The position numbers and the translations under genes are program-made. The notes beneath the pieces were generated by a model that was given only the letters and a program-made list of their open reading frames with translations, was not told where the DNA came from and did not search any database. 64,000 nt of DNA from Vicugna vicugna (Eukaryota): NCBI GenBank assembly GCA_013265495.1, contig MU061579.1, positions 5,826,963 to 5,890,962 of the forward strand. The letters are read 5' to 3'. Shown one piece after another: positions 1 through 12,800 of this stretch. Within the stretch, counting starts at the first letter, position 1. Each line of letters begins with the position of its first letter.

Positions 1-1381
1 GACCTGATAATAAATTATGCATTTTTCTTATCAGTAGGGTCTGGTATAGACTATAGCATATTCCATAATTTCTGTGGAATGTCACGGAATGTCCCATATG
101 GCTACAGACCGAGTCATTCACAAATTTAACTGATTGGGTTGGGCCCTATCTTTTAGCTTCATCTAATCATATGCATCATCACAATTCTTAAATAATTTAT
201 AACGTCTTCCTCTGATCAATCAATGTTATGGATTCACTAACTTTAGTCATTGACCAAATCTGTATGGCATCTCACTGGGCTATGACATATGCCTGAGAAC
301 CCTAATAGGAGGATGATCAGTGCTTGGAGACTTCCTTCTAAAACTGGCATGGAAAGAAAGTCTCGACCACGTCTCTTAGAACATCCCAGTAGAGTTGACG
401 TTAATTTGTTAGAATTCCTGAATTCCAACACTATATGTGACATGCAGAAGCTATTTTATTCAAATCAAATAGATTTTCCCCTTTGATTTGTTTAAAAACA
501 TACTAATAAGAGGAAGAGAGGTATTTAAGAGAAAGACTAGAACCATAACCTAAAACACTATAGGCAAAATATTGAGTGGTTTATCAGTCTGTTCTATTCA
601 CAGTTATGTTCTCTGAAGTTACACCAGACTATTCTAATTGTCAAACTCGCAACATCTATCACTTTTTTTTAAATGCATCTGATTTACTTCATGTCTGCTC
701 CTAAAACTGTAACTTATTCTTAGATCTAATTGTCCACCTTTTTCCAAATATATTTTTCTTTACTTTGTAGCACTAGAAATCACAGTCTTATTTTTTTAAT
801 CACTTTTATCATTTCCTGAATAATAGGAACGATTAGGAAGGGTGATATAATATTTCTCAATATAGGTATTCCTATAAAGTAAAGAACTTATATGTACACG
901 TGTACAAGTTTAAAGTGGAAAAAGAAATAATCAGAAGGTAAGTCTAAAATAAGCACTGTTTTGGGGGGCAGGGGGGTTGTTTTTTGTAATTCTTACCCTA
1001 GAGGCTATAAACAGATGAGATAGGTTCTGAGAGCTACGTAATAAAATTGGAGCTAAAATTTTAATTTTCTTTACTATTTTGAAAAACTGTTGTGTGCTGT
1101 TAAAGTGTACACTATGAAAATATGTTTAATTTTTGGCATTGTGTGAAAAAATAATAATGTAATTATAAATGAAATTGTAAATTAAATGAGGAACAACCAT
1201 ATTTCTCTTATGGAAGAAACCAGCTAGGAACACATCATCTGTTTACATTTACTCATAGTCATATGTAAACCTCAAAGAAAGAAGGAAGGAAGAAAAGAAA
1301 GAGAATCACCTTTAGGATAAATTTCTTTATCACCCAATTCAGATTACCAACGGATCAACTGATGTAAAGAAGTACCCTCTT

Positions 1382-1777
1382 TGTTATAGACTGAATGTGT
1401 CTGTTCCTCCAAAAGTCATGTTAAAGCTTTAACCCCAAATTGTGATTATATTGGAGGTAAGGCCTTGAGGGGTATACAGGGTTAGATGATGTCACGAAGT
1501 TGAAGCCCCCATGATGAGATTAGTGATGAGATTTCTTCCTACAAGAAGAAGAAAAAAAGCTAGAGCTTTCTTTCTCTGCTCACACACAAAGAGATCATGT
1601 GAGCACAAAGTGAGGTGATTACCTACAAGCCCCGAGGCCTCAGAATAGAACCTGCTTTGCCATCATGGCACCTTGATCTAGGACTTCCCAGCTTCGAGAA
1701 CAGTGACAAACAAAATTCTATTACTTAAGCCACCCAGTCCATGGTATATTTTCATGGCAGCCTGAGCTGTCTGAGCC
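1382..1777 (+). mobile_element. MaLR solo LTR (MLT1A/MST-like)
   Basis: Starts TGTTATAGACTGAATGTGTCTG and ends with the MaLR-type tail ...GGACTTCCCAGC...TTAAGCCACCCAGTCCATGGTATATT...GGCAGCCTGAGCT; family recognised from memory. Confidence 0.75.
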
Positions 1778-3282
1778 ACTCCCAGAGATGTCTGGGTTCT
1801 GAGTTGCAACAACTGCATGCTATGTAAGTCTGAGCAAGGTTTTATTTTAGCTCTTTTAAACTTAGGGCTGTCTCCCCCTATGGGAGTGTATGGAATGGAA
1901 GATGAGATGATGATATTTTCTACATATAATTTTTACTATTTATAATTGAATAATAAATAACAAAATACATTAAGTGTCTAGAACATCACAGAAATTTCTT
2001 TTACCTCCCGCTAAACTTTCTCCTTGAAAATTCTAAACCAATCCTCCCATTACTTTTTATTTTTTAAATTATTTTTCTGAAACAAATTATGTCTCCTTTT
2101 ATTTTCTTGGAATATCCATACTATTACCTAAATACTCAGCTAATTGTTACAATAAATATTTTCATGTCAAGTCAGAATAGAAAAGAAATTTAAGACATGC
2201 TCATTTTTAAAGTATGATTTGCATTCTCAAAAAATTAAGCAAAAACATTGCCTCGTATCCATAAACATTTTAGCATTTATCAATCAAATCGGTAGAGGGA
2301 AACTAGGAAGGTGAGGTGTGAAATTTGGGATATGAAAATCAGGGACACTGAGGTTTGTTTCTGTGGTTTGCAACTTTCTCAAGTGTGAATTTCTGCCCCT
2401 AATTTAGGCATTGCTTGAATAATCAAAAATTGCTCTGATGACTAATGTATCATAGGACTCCCAAATGATTTCCCAAACAGAAATTCACTTTTAAATTTTT
2501 GCTCCAGTATTTTTCCTGACTTTTATATGTGCTATGTTATTTCCAATAACTCTGATGTATCTCTGATTATGAAGAATTATTTCACTTGTACTGTTACTAC
2601 ATTGTAATATTATTTATTTGCTTTATCCGAATATTGCAATACCTAGGAACAATTTATTCTTTAGAAAGATTATTCTCATCATGTGAACAATAAATCGCAT
2701 TCTTCCACTAACATCCGCTCTATTCCATGAAGGCATAGTTTCTTTATTCCTCTAAAGAGGACAATATGTCATGAATAATGAAGTGTAAATCCCATTTGGG
2801 TCAGAGTTTCAGATGTAAAGAGATGTGAAGAGACAAAAAGTGAGACTAACAACAGAAAGTCCTTGTGTATCTTTTCATCTTCTAGCCTGTCAAAAACATG
2901 GAAGTTTGTACTGAACACAATGTCTATAATTATAGTGCTAGTTGCCAAGAAGAGTTACTGTGTCTGTTAAAAAGATAATTACAGCTGCTTTACAATTCAA
3001 ATCTGTGTGTTCAGTTACCTTGTGAAATCCAAATGAATGCTAATCTGACCTTATGTTTCCAAAAGGCACTATACTTTTTAACACTTTTAAAAAAATTGTT
3101 TTACTGAGGATGACAAACACCCTCACATCTTCAAAACGATTACACATAAAACAAGCACTTCAACCACCACCCTGCACACGGTAAAGAATTTCAACCACCA
3201 TAAAATTCATCTCTCTGAAGCACTTAACATTTTCACATGCTGCAGATACAACTGATTAGTCTACAATTCAAACTTGGATGTA

Positions 3283-4393
3283 TATGTCGGTGAGGATCTC
3301 AACAGAAAACAGATGGCACGCTCAAATCGGGTAATTCAAGGTGGCCTTCACAAGGGTAAATCGGGGGAACTAGCATGGGACAGTGCAATTCTGTGGGCTG
3401 GCAAGAGCTGGAGTCTTAATGTCTCTAGGTCTAAATGGGCAGGAAGAGGTAGCAGTTATGAGAACCAAAGAAGTCAGAGCTGTCTGGAGAGGGCCACCTC
3501 ACCAGGGTGTGGCCTTCCATAAAGACAGACACTCAATTCCCTGTGACCTGGTGGAGAGAGAGAATCAAGAGCACACATACCCTCACTTCCCTCACTTTTG
3601 ACTTCTCCTCTTCAGCTAATGCCCCTCTTAGAGCAAATCCACTAGGAAGCCATAAGACAAAGGTGCAGATTGACACGGTCCATATGTCATGAGAGAGAAG
3701 TTTCATGTTGTCGCAGAAAGAATTCAGAAACAAGACACAGAGGTCAAGAAAGCAAAGCAAGGATTTATTAAGGGGTAGATAGTATGCTCTCAAGGAAAGA
3801 GTGAGCAGACCCAGGTGGGTAGCTGCCCCGAGTTTCTTCAGCCAGCTGGTTATATGGGTGTGAAAATGAAGGGGCAGAATATTCATTGGCATGGAGGGGT
3901 TTGGGGTCATCTTTCCTGACCTTCATTCCAGCTCCCCCTTCCTAAGAGGGGAGGAGGGATTTTTTTGGTCCTTATTTAGTCTTGATTGGGAAGTCAGATG
4001 AGGACACAATGAACAAAAGGTTACATTCAGATGGGGCTATCATAAGAAAAAGGTTACATTCAGATAGAGGTCATAATGAGTGACAGGTTACATTCAGATG
4101 GTGGAGATTCCTGTCTTGTCCCACCTTTCTTTGCCTCCAGGACACTTGTCAACCCAGAATTTATGGTTTCTTATCAGTCCAGAGGATCTTGCTTTTCTTA
4201 GTCTGTCCAATGAGCCCCGTTGTTCAGAAGATGTATGGTTTTCTGGCATTTGGCCCGTGTACCCCTTTCTCTGCTCAGATCTAGCTATCTGACTGCTCTA
4301 ACACATAGATGCCAGCCTTCTGGGGGCACAGAGCCAAATTAAGAAGGGTTAAGAGTGGAACTGGAGGAAGAAAAGGAAAATACTCAAGCAACA
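3283..4393 (-). mobile_element. Old ERVL-class LTR (LTR33-like), split by a younger LTR
   Basis: CAACAGAAAACAGATGGCACGCTCAAATCGGGTAATT at the left end and CATAGATGCCAGCCTTCTGGGGGCACAGAGC...AGTGGAACTGGAGG at the right; the two halves join when 3685-4307 is removed. Confidence 0.6.
3685..4303 (-). mobile_element. ERV1-type solo LTR with 4-bp TSD
   Basis: TG...CA termini; TSD CATA at 3681-3684 and 4304-4307; minus-strand polyA signal (TTTATT ~3763) and TATA-like element (~3851); GGTTACATTCAGAT occurs three times at ~4019-4100. Confidence 0.85.
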
Positions 4394-4800
4394 CAGTCAA
4401 TTTGGAAATAATTTTCAAGTAACGCATTGCAATACACAATTTTCTGTAGTATTGTAATTACAATTTTTGTAAAGAGTTAACTTCAAAGTTACTCTGAATC
4501 ATTTATAATAGGGCTAGTTTTCTAACTATTAAAAAATATAATTTACTAATGTTGCTTCATCTAATATGCCAAACAACTGAAAGGTAGAGGTGTACACATA
4601 TTGTGTCTTTAACACACAGTGGTTCAGAAAATTTAAATGCATGTTTCTCTAAGCCACAGAACCAAGAAAGGAATAAACAATGAATGAAAGGGTGAATGCT
4701 ATAAAGTGAATGTTGGTTATATCTCTCATGCTATGTACTGAACAATGTTTTAAGCGTATTAAATGTATGAACTCATTCAATCCAGGCAACGTTATATGAA

Positions 4801-4855
4801 TTACTTATTATTATTATTATTATTATCATCATCATCATCATCATCATCACTATTA
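4801..4855. repeat. Compound (TTA)n(TCA)n microsatellite inside a MIR-like relic (~4700-4970)
   Basis: Direct reading; flanked by MIR-like CCATATTTCACAGGTTAAGTAAACT...CCTTGTCCAAGGTCACAGC. Confidence 0.9.
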
Positions 4856-6911
4856 TCCATATTTCACAGGTTAAGTAAACTCCATCAGCAAACGAGCACC
4901 TTGTCCAAGGTCACAGCACTAGGGTCAGGATTCATCCTCAAGCCATTAGTGTCAAAGTCTGTGCATTAGATCAAAATTTTCATCAGAGTTATATTGGCTG
5001 GGTGACTTAAGCAAGAAGTAAACATCACAGAAAGAAATACTACGTTTAGATTCAAATGTTGGCTGTAAAATAAATAGTAGATAGATGTCAGTGTGATGTG
5101 AATGGAATCTTTCTAAATTCAATGTATATTAAATTTTATAAATCCTATCAAGGGATCATTTAGCGATAATGTCAATAAAATAGAGTTTTGTCACAAGATA
5201 ATGATCTCCTGCTGTTACATAACCATGAACACAAAGCCAAGTTGTTTATTTTCAAAGCAGGAAAAGTCAATTCCAGAATTATGCTCTGTAACAGTGATTT
5301 TAGCTCTATTATACAAAAATGATGCATGTTGATTTAATAATTTTGCCTGATGGATGTTTGAGAGGGAAAATGACAGATGTTCCCTGTGCCATTGTGAGCC
5401 AGAGGGTTCTGTCAGGCTTAGAAAATATACCTGTTGTACGTTTTGCCTAATCAGAAACAGTCATCCACAAAAGTGATGAGGTTGTACCCCTGTTGTAATC
5501 TGCACCTTTATGAATGAGATGATTTATGACCTGTTAAGGGTGCTGTGGTTTTTAACTTTAATAAAGGAATAGTGGTCAACCATGCAGCCATTCGGTCTAA
5601 AAGAGGAGGATATACATAGTACTTAAAAATTTAAACTGACAGCAAAACAAGTACAGAAGGGGTCTATTGCACTTGGTAATGATCATGACTCAACTTTCAT
5701 TCTAACTCCAGATGGAACTGTAGTGATTTTTAACTAGGGTCCCAAATAGAAAAACATTTCATAGTTTCACTTAGCCTGGAGTGTATCCAAAAACACCTAA
5801 CTCCCACAACGACATAATAATACCTATCTGTGAGAACATAGTGAACGAAACCTTGCATTTTAATATTTGTGGTTGTTTTCCAAGTGTTTTCTGCATATTT
5901 ATTCATTATTCATTTCATGTTTACAACCAACTGGAGAGTTAGACAGCACTGTACTGGTTAGTTGAGTAAACTGAGGAATGAAAAGAAAGAGGAATGAAAA
6001 GAGAAAAATCAATAAGAGCTGGGTGTTCTGATTCCTTCTTCATGTGCTTGCATCCAATTATACACCAAAGCCCTTCTTTCTCGAAAAAGTATCTTGCTAT
6101 AGATTACTCTTTTCTAAACAATGAAAACCAATGTAATCAGAAAGTGTGTTTTCAAATGCATTTCAAAGCTAAGGTACAAAACTGATTTATTTAGTCATTG
6201 CAAATCATTTTCGAATACATGGATATCTGTATTTTATAAAACTAAATACATTATTGATTAAGTAGTTAAGAATTGATAGTTAAATTACAAACCCTTTGTT
6301 TATAAAGTGAGTTTCAAAACATCATTCTTGGATTTGAGGTTAATAGCACCAGTCCTGAAGCAGTGCCCTGTAAGTAGCATGTCTCTTCCCTAACCAACTT
6401 CTAAATGACTGAGAAACTGAACAAAGAGCTGATGAACTGGAACCAGAGAGTCACTGATGGGGCTGATGCTGTAGAATATGGTTTATATGTTTAAGAAAGT
6501 TGTCTTCCTGACACCAAACCCCAAATTTAGATAGATGTACTCACCCACTTGTACAGTACAAGAAACGGCAGTCCATGCCAGGTTGGAACTAACCCTTTTA
6601 AGTCTTAAGAGATGGATGGACAGAAGAGAATGGGTACAGAGGAGTCATTGCAAGAGAAAAGGAAAGACTGGCCTATAGATGGCTTTGTTTCTCCTTCCAA
6701 ACTCACTCAAGACCAAATTCATTTCACTTCCTCTTAGTCAGAGTAAGTAAGGAGGGCATAAAAAGTCAGAACTGTTACCTATTAAAGTTCCCTTTCAAGG
6801 AAAAAAACATGTTTCTTCCATTGCCCATCACTACTCCTACATCTACACTTCTGCTAATATTTTCCCTGACAGAAAGAGTTACTCATACTTCTCCAACCTA
6901 GAGAAGGAAAT

Positions 6912-7435
6912 ATGATTTGCTGCATAAGAAATCATTCCAAACCTTAGTAGCTTAAATCATTAATGATGTGCAGTTTCTTACCATTCTCTGTGTTGATCGG
7001 GCAGATCTGCTCCCCATGGAAGTAGGTGAGATCACTCAAGCTCAGCAGGCTTGGCTGGGATTTCTCAGGAGACCTGTCTCATATCTGGCGCCTTGGTGCC
7101 AATGGTGGACTCAAGTGCCTCTATTCTCCTCCACTTGGTCTCTTTCTAACAGCGTCATGCCTGAGCCTCCAGCACCTTTCAACATGGTCTCTCTCTCTCC
7201 AGAAGAAAGGCTTGAACTTCTTTATAACTAGATGGAAAGAGAGCAAAAGTAGACACTTACAGGTCTTTTCAGGGCTGAATCCAGAACTACTAGCACAATA
7301 GCTCTTCTGTAACATTCTATTGATAGAGGCAAGTCACAGGTAAAAAAGCAAGGGAAATACACTCCACCACTTAATGGTTAAGATATACAAACAGAGATAG
7401 CATAAATTGTTGACCATCAATTTGTAGACCAGCTA
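6912..7435 (-). mobile_element. Ancient MaLR LTR (MLT1 family)
   Basis: TTGCTGCATAAGAAATCATTCCAAACCTTAGTAGCTTAAA and ACATTCTATTGATAGAGGCAAGTCACAGG motifs typical of old MLT1. Confidence 0.6.
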
Positions 7436-8609
7436 CTGTAAATCTCAGAGGAATTTCCCCATGATTCCATATGATGCCTAATGCTCTTTCCATCCCAGCC
7501 AGAAGATATCTACCCTCACAAGCATACATTGCCTCTGACCCTCCTGCATCTAGGCTTTCCTTCCATGATTCTTTCACTTTATCCAGTATTCTAAAGCAAT
7601 TCCATTTGATCTCCAGAGCTGGAAGGTTGATGCTAGATCACTGTGTGCATGGGACCACTCTTTGGGAGCAATTCTTTATTCCCTCTCCCTCATCCATTGA
7701 TACAGACACAGCACTCCACCTTAAATTTTGACATATTATTCATCTTCAGCTGAAACTAACTTACTATTCTCAATAGACATTTTTAACAAAAATAGTCATT
7801 TATTGAAATCTATTGTATATTTTAAGGCAATATTTATAGGTAAATAGGCTTGGAAATAAATTTCCAAATTTACTGGGAGTTAGTTTGAAATTCTACAATT
7901 TAATATTTTCACTCCCTAAGATGGTGCCATGATCACTGTTACATCCTTAGTATATACAGTTACTCTGAATTATTTCATTAATGGATTCAAGTTGGCAGTC
8001 ATTCCATATACATGATTCTAGTCCTTGGAACTTAACTCAAAACTAACTTGAAAGCAATGCCATCATGTGTTACCCAGAGAGACAGTCTTCAGGAAAAGGT
8101 TGACTTCCACATTGTGCATGTATAACAGGTAGTATTTTTCAATCTGTCTTTACAACTTTGAAGTTCACAATTATTTTTTTTTAAGAAAATTAAGAGAGAA
8201 CTGGTACCAAAAATGCAGAGCCCCTGAAGGCAAAAATAACAAAAACAGTGAAGAAAACCACAAAGATTGAAGTCTCCTATAGTTACAATTTCTTTGACTA
8301 GAGAATTAAAAATAGGCAGTGTGGTGAATCTGATACACAGCTCAGCAGTAATGTTGCTGTTACTGCTTCCAGTGAAGTCAAGAATCCAGCACATTCTAAT
8401 GGGAAGAAAATGCTGAAGTGACTAATTTTGAGTTCTGCTGCCTGGTCCTCTGATACCTGCTCCAGATTCTTGGTGCTAAGTCATTTCTTCTCTGTCTTTA
8501 AGGATTTCAAATGGCTGTCTCTAACCTCAAACTTGGAACTCAGTATCTCTGTTCTCCTTGCTGAAAACATCAGTGACCCATACAAAGCAAAAATCCAAGA
8601 GATACTCTC

Positions 8610-9042
8610 TGTATTAGCTGTCTGGGCTTCCATAACAAAGGACCACAAAATTGGGGCCTAAGACAATAAAAATTTATTGTTTCACAATTCTGGAGGCTAG
8701 AAGGCTGAAACCAAGCTGTCAGAAAGGTTGTTTCCTTCTGAAAGCTGTAAAGAAAAATCTGGTCCAAGACTATCTTCCAGTTTTGGTAGCCTAAGATGCT
8801 CCTTAGCAAACAGATGGCATTCCTTCTCTGTGGCTTCACATTGTGTTCTCTCTATGCATGTCTAACTCTGTGTGTCAATTTTCCCTTTTTATAAGTATAC
8901 CCAGTCATATTGGATCAGGGCCCACCCTAATGACTCATCTTAATTTGACCATCTGCAAAAACCTTCTTTCCAAACAAGTTTATATTCATATACTCGGGGT
9001 TAGGATTTCAACATCTTTGGTGGACACAGTTCAATCAATAAC
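8610..9042 (-). mobile_element. MaLR solo LTR (MLT1C/D-like)
   Basis: TGTATTAGCT...AATTTATTGTTTCACAATTCTGGAGGCTAGAAG...CAGTCATATTGGATCAGGGCCCACCCTAATGAC...GGGGTTAGGATTTCAACAT. Confidence 0.8.
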
Positions 9043-9562
9043 CATCATGAGTTTGGACAAAGTCCAAACTCCTAGGTACAGAAGAGAGCTGTGACAATCT
9101 GCCCTCCACTTTTCTCTTTAGGCTTACCTTTGCATACCCCACATCCCAGTCTATACTCCAGACTGTTGAACAGGTAGCACTGTAATTTCCCTGATTATAC
9201 ATTACATCCTGTCTACAGGCCAATTAAAAAGAATAAAAGAGAATTCCTTGTGCCTCCCTAATTGTGATCTCTCCAAGTGTCTGTACCAAAATAGCCCATT
9301 TCATTTTTGAGTTGGACACAATATTCACCTTGGCCGACTTTTCACCTGACTGCAAACTCTCCAAATCATTCCCACCAATACTCACAAGCTCACGTCCTGT
9401 TTTTTATGTTTATTCTAGGTGAGGTCATTTTGTACACGTTCCTGAATCTCTGGTGCATAAGAAGTAAGAATTTTCGGTTAGGAATTTCAGAAAAGATTTT
9501 GATCTAAGGTGTAAGATACAAGCTCATGAACTGGCAGCTGCAATACGTTTCACTCTACAGAG

Positions 9563-9891
9563 CAAGGGTTGGCAGACTATGGTCCATGGGCCTATTTTGT
9601 TTGCCCCATTAACTAGAATGGTTGGTACATGTTTAAATTGTTGAAAATTTGAGAACACTGTTGAAAATCAAAAGAACAAATCTATGACATTCCAAGTAAA
9701 ACTTACATGAAATTATAATTGTGATGTCCATAAATAGAGTTTCATTAGAACACAGCTAAATTTGTTTATGTATTTTCCCTGGATGCTTTCAAGCTACAGC
9801 AGAGTTGAGTAATTGCAATAGAAATTACATGGTCCACAAAGCCTCAAATATTTACCATTTAGTTCTTTCTAAAAATGGTTTGGTGGCCCCT
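9563..9891. mobile_element. hAT-Charlie non-autonomous DNA transposon (MER58-like)
   Basis: Degenerate terminal inverted repeats (CAAGGGTTGGCAGACT ... GGTTTGGTGGCCCCTT); internal AATAGAGTTTCATTAGAACACAGC and CAGCAGAGTTGAGTAATTGCAA. Confidence 0.7.
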
Positions 9892-12800
9892 TATATAAAC
9901 TAATAAGATAAACTAGAGATTTGGAAAGAGGAAGAGAGACGAACAAGCCAGCGAGAAGACCCAGGGAGAAAGAGAGACAGTTAAAGCTTACACTGAGCTC
10001 CAACAGTGTCTAATTCCTATCGTTTCTGAAATTCAACAACATTTGTAATCTTGCATTCCATGAGAAACACCAAATGAAATATAAAAACCAAATTCGTTGA
10101 CTGTGATTGAAAGTGTCCCCTGAAACACCTTTGCCTTTCCTCTATAGTTGACTCTAAGCTCCTTGAGAATAAGGATGAATTCATTTAGCGTATTATCTCA
10201 AGTACATTATTTAAGTCACTAAATAAGCATTCCTTCAATGACTAAATACAGAAACAAATATATATTGATAATACTGAACTAAAGGTGTGGGGAGGGGTGG
10301 AGGGGCTAAAGAGGATGAAACCTCCCCACCTCATTCCTGAAGCACCAGTTTCTTCAAAATATGCTAGGAAGTATTCTAGAAGATCGCACATATGGCTCTC
10401 TAAATCAACTAGAGGCCCTCAACAAACAAACAAACAAACATAGACAGTTATAGTCATTGTTGACCAAATGCAATGAGTTCCTGGCAAACACATTGGTGTC
10501 GTAATGAGTCCGGGTGACAGTCTGGTTCTTGCTGTGTCTATATGAAGCCTATATGTGGTGCGTGCTGCATTTTCTATGACCTCTAAGTCATTACTCATCC
10601 ACCTTATTCCGATATTATACTCTCTGTGACTCTGAAGACTGCCATAAATATCCCCAAAAAGAGAGCATATAGTATTGCCACCATCATTGCAAGTTTATGA
10701 ATTTTGAACATGAGGTTGCTAGTATGGGTAGTTCCTTTTTTGGGGAAAAACTACAAGCTGATTGAAAGTCAAATTATCTCCACTGGCAACAAGAGCTTTA
10801 GGTGCTTGAAGAGCTTCCCAAACTCATTTACCAAGCTATGGAATTCTGTGGGGCTCATAAACTTACCTTCCACTTAGTTGTAAAGTGTGATGTTGCTACC
10901 ATAAAACCCTGTCTCCTAATGCCAAGACAGTGGAAGCCAGCAAAAATTAAATCCAGCGTTGTCTAAAAGCATACAGATGATTACCAGCACAGTGTAACTA
11001 AAATCAAGGTCAAAACCCAGTGAAATTGGTGGCTGCACTTTTCACTATTATCTTACTCTCCTGCAGCTCTGCATAGACATTTTGGGCATGGGCTTTGGAC
11101 CTGAAAAGATTAGCTTTTGAAACCTGGCTTATGGTCTAGCTGTATAAATTTGGGAGTTATATAACTCCACTTAGCCTTGAGTAATGATACTAAAGTCATA
11201 GAATTGATTCTAAAAGCACAGTTCATGGCAGGTAGCAATTAAAATTTGACAAATACATTAAAGTAAAGAGAGCCAGAGCCCTTCAAATTGTTCATCATAA
11301 ATATTTCTAAATAAGTCATCACTATATTGCATTATTTTAATCAAAATATGACTATAAAAGCCATGATGAAGTTAGCATGGTTTTATTTGTGCATGGTTTC
11401 TTTTGTCCTGTTAAACCTAGAATTCAAAAAGAGGAATGCAATAGTCAGTAATAAAAGTGTGATGCTGAAAGTAAAAAGTAGAGGGAATAAACTGTGCCAT
11501 GGTTTGGGGCATTCAAGATATAGAGCCTATTCAAGAGAAGTAGGTCATGATGGGTCATTTCAAATAATATCAAACAATGTCTCTGCATGGCCCTAGGTGG
11601 TAGAACAAATAGGTGGCAGCCCAAGAAGCAAAGATTATTTACAGATTATTTGTATGTTGCTGGGGTCAACATGTAGTATTCAGCATCATCAGTGGAGTAA
11701 ACACATTTCCTCAGTAAGTAATGAGATCCCTGATAATGTGGGCATTGATGACACTTGACCAAGCCATGAGAGAAGGGATTCAATCTGGACCATTTTTCAG
11801 AGATGTACAGATAGATTCAGAGACAAAGACAGCCATAGACATAGACACAGACATATATCTCTGATTTATCCCACTTATCTCTTCGGTAACCAAGTCTGTT
11901 TGGTAATTAAAGTCAGCCACTTCATCAAATGACTGCACAAAATCAAATATTTCAATTCAGTTCTCTTCTCCAGCAAATTTCTGTGGAACTCACGAGTAAT
12001 TCTGACATGGTCCATGATTCGTTCCTACTGACCTCTTGTTAACTCAATCAGTTGGTCCTCACAGCACAATGCTGCTGCCTCAGAAGACTGGGGAGCATTT
12101 TGTCATCTCACACTAGTTTCTTGTCAGTGCTCCTCCTCTTCTTACAGTATTTGATTAAAATTTAAGCTGGATCTCTACATCCTAAACAAGGTAAGGGTGA
12201 TAATCAACAATTCATTTCCCAAATCTGGCTGATTCTCATGCAAAGTTCCATTTAAATGGACCTTTGCACTCACTGCCTGCCCTGTTTCTCTTTAGAACTT
12301 CTACCTCAGTATCAGGGAAGGATCTGCCCCTTAAGCTCTCCGGTCAGTTTTTACTTCCAATTTCCTGTAAACAACTCTTGTTTGAGATGTAAACACAAGC
12401 ACATACTGACACACACACAAGTGCACAAAACACGATTGCATGTCGGGGAGTTATGTTCCAATTATGCAGGGACAGAGGGAGTTCGAGCAATGACATACCT
12501 GGTTTACATTAATAATGAAACATTTAGCACCTTAATCTGGAGTCTCATTATTTCTCCAAAAATACGTGGAACTTTATCCCAGCCTAGAGATTTCTCAAAA
12601 TGAAGAAACATTTTTACTATGAGAGAAAATTTGTAGCAACTTTTAAATGGCTTTCTCCAATCATCAAAAGATACTGAAAACCCATCAGATACAGATATAA
12701 ATCTTTTCTATTACTGTCTTCATTTTCATCATGGCTAAAAATGTCATTAAATGTGTCTCTTTGTAATGAATAAATGAAAATGCTGTTGTTACTATAGAAA

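Noticed and set aside
893..906. 14-bp palindrome TGTACACGTGTACA with E-box
   Set aside because: A few 14-bp palindromes are expected by chance in 64 kb
4019..4100. Regularly spaced 14-bp repeats resembling a CRISPR-like array
   Set aside because: Inside an LTR in eukaryotic DNA; the spacers are partly related; no cas genes
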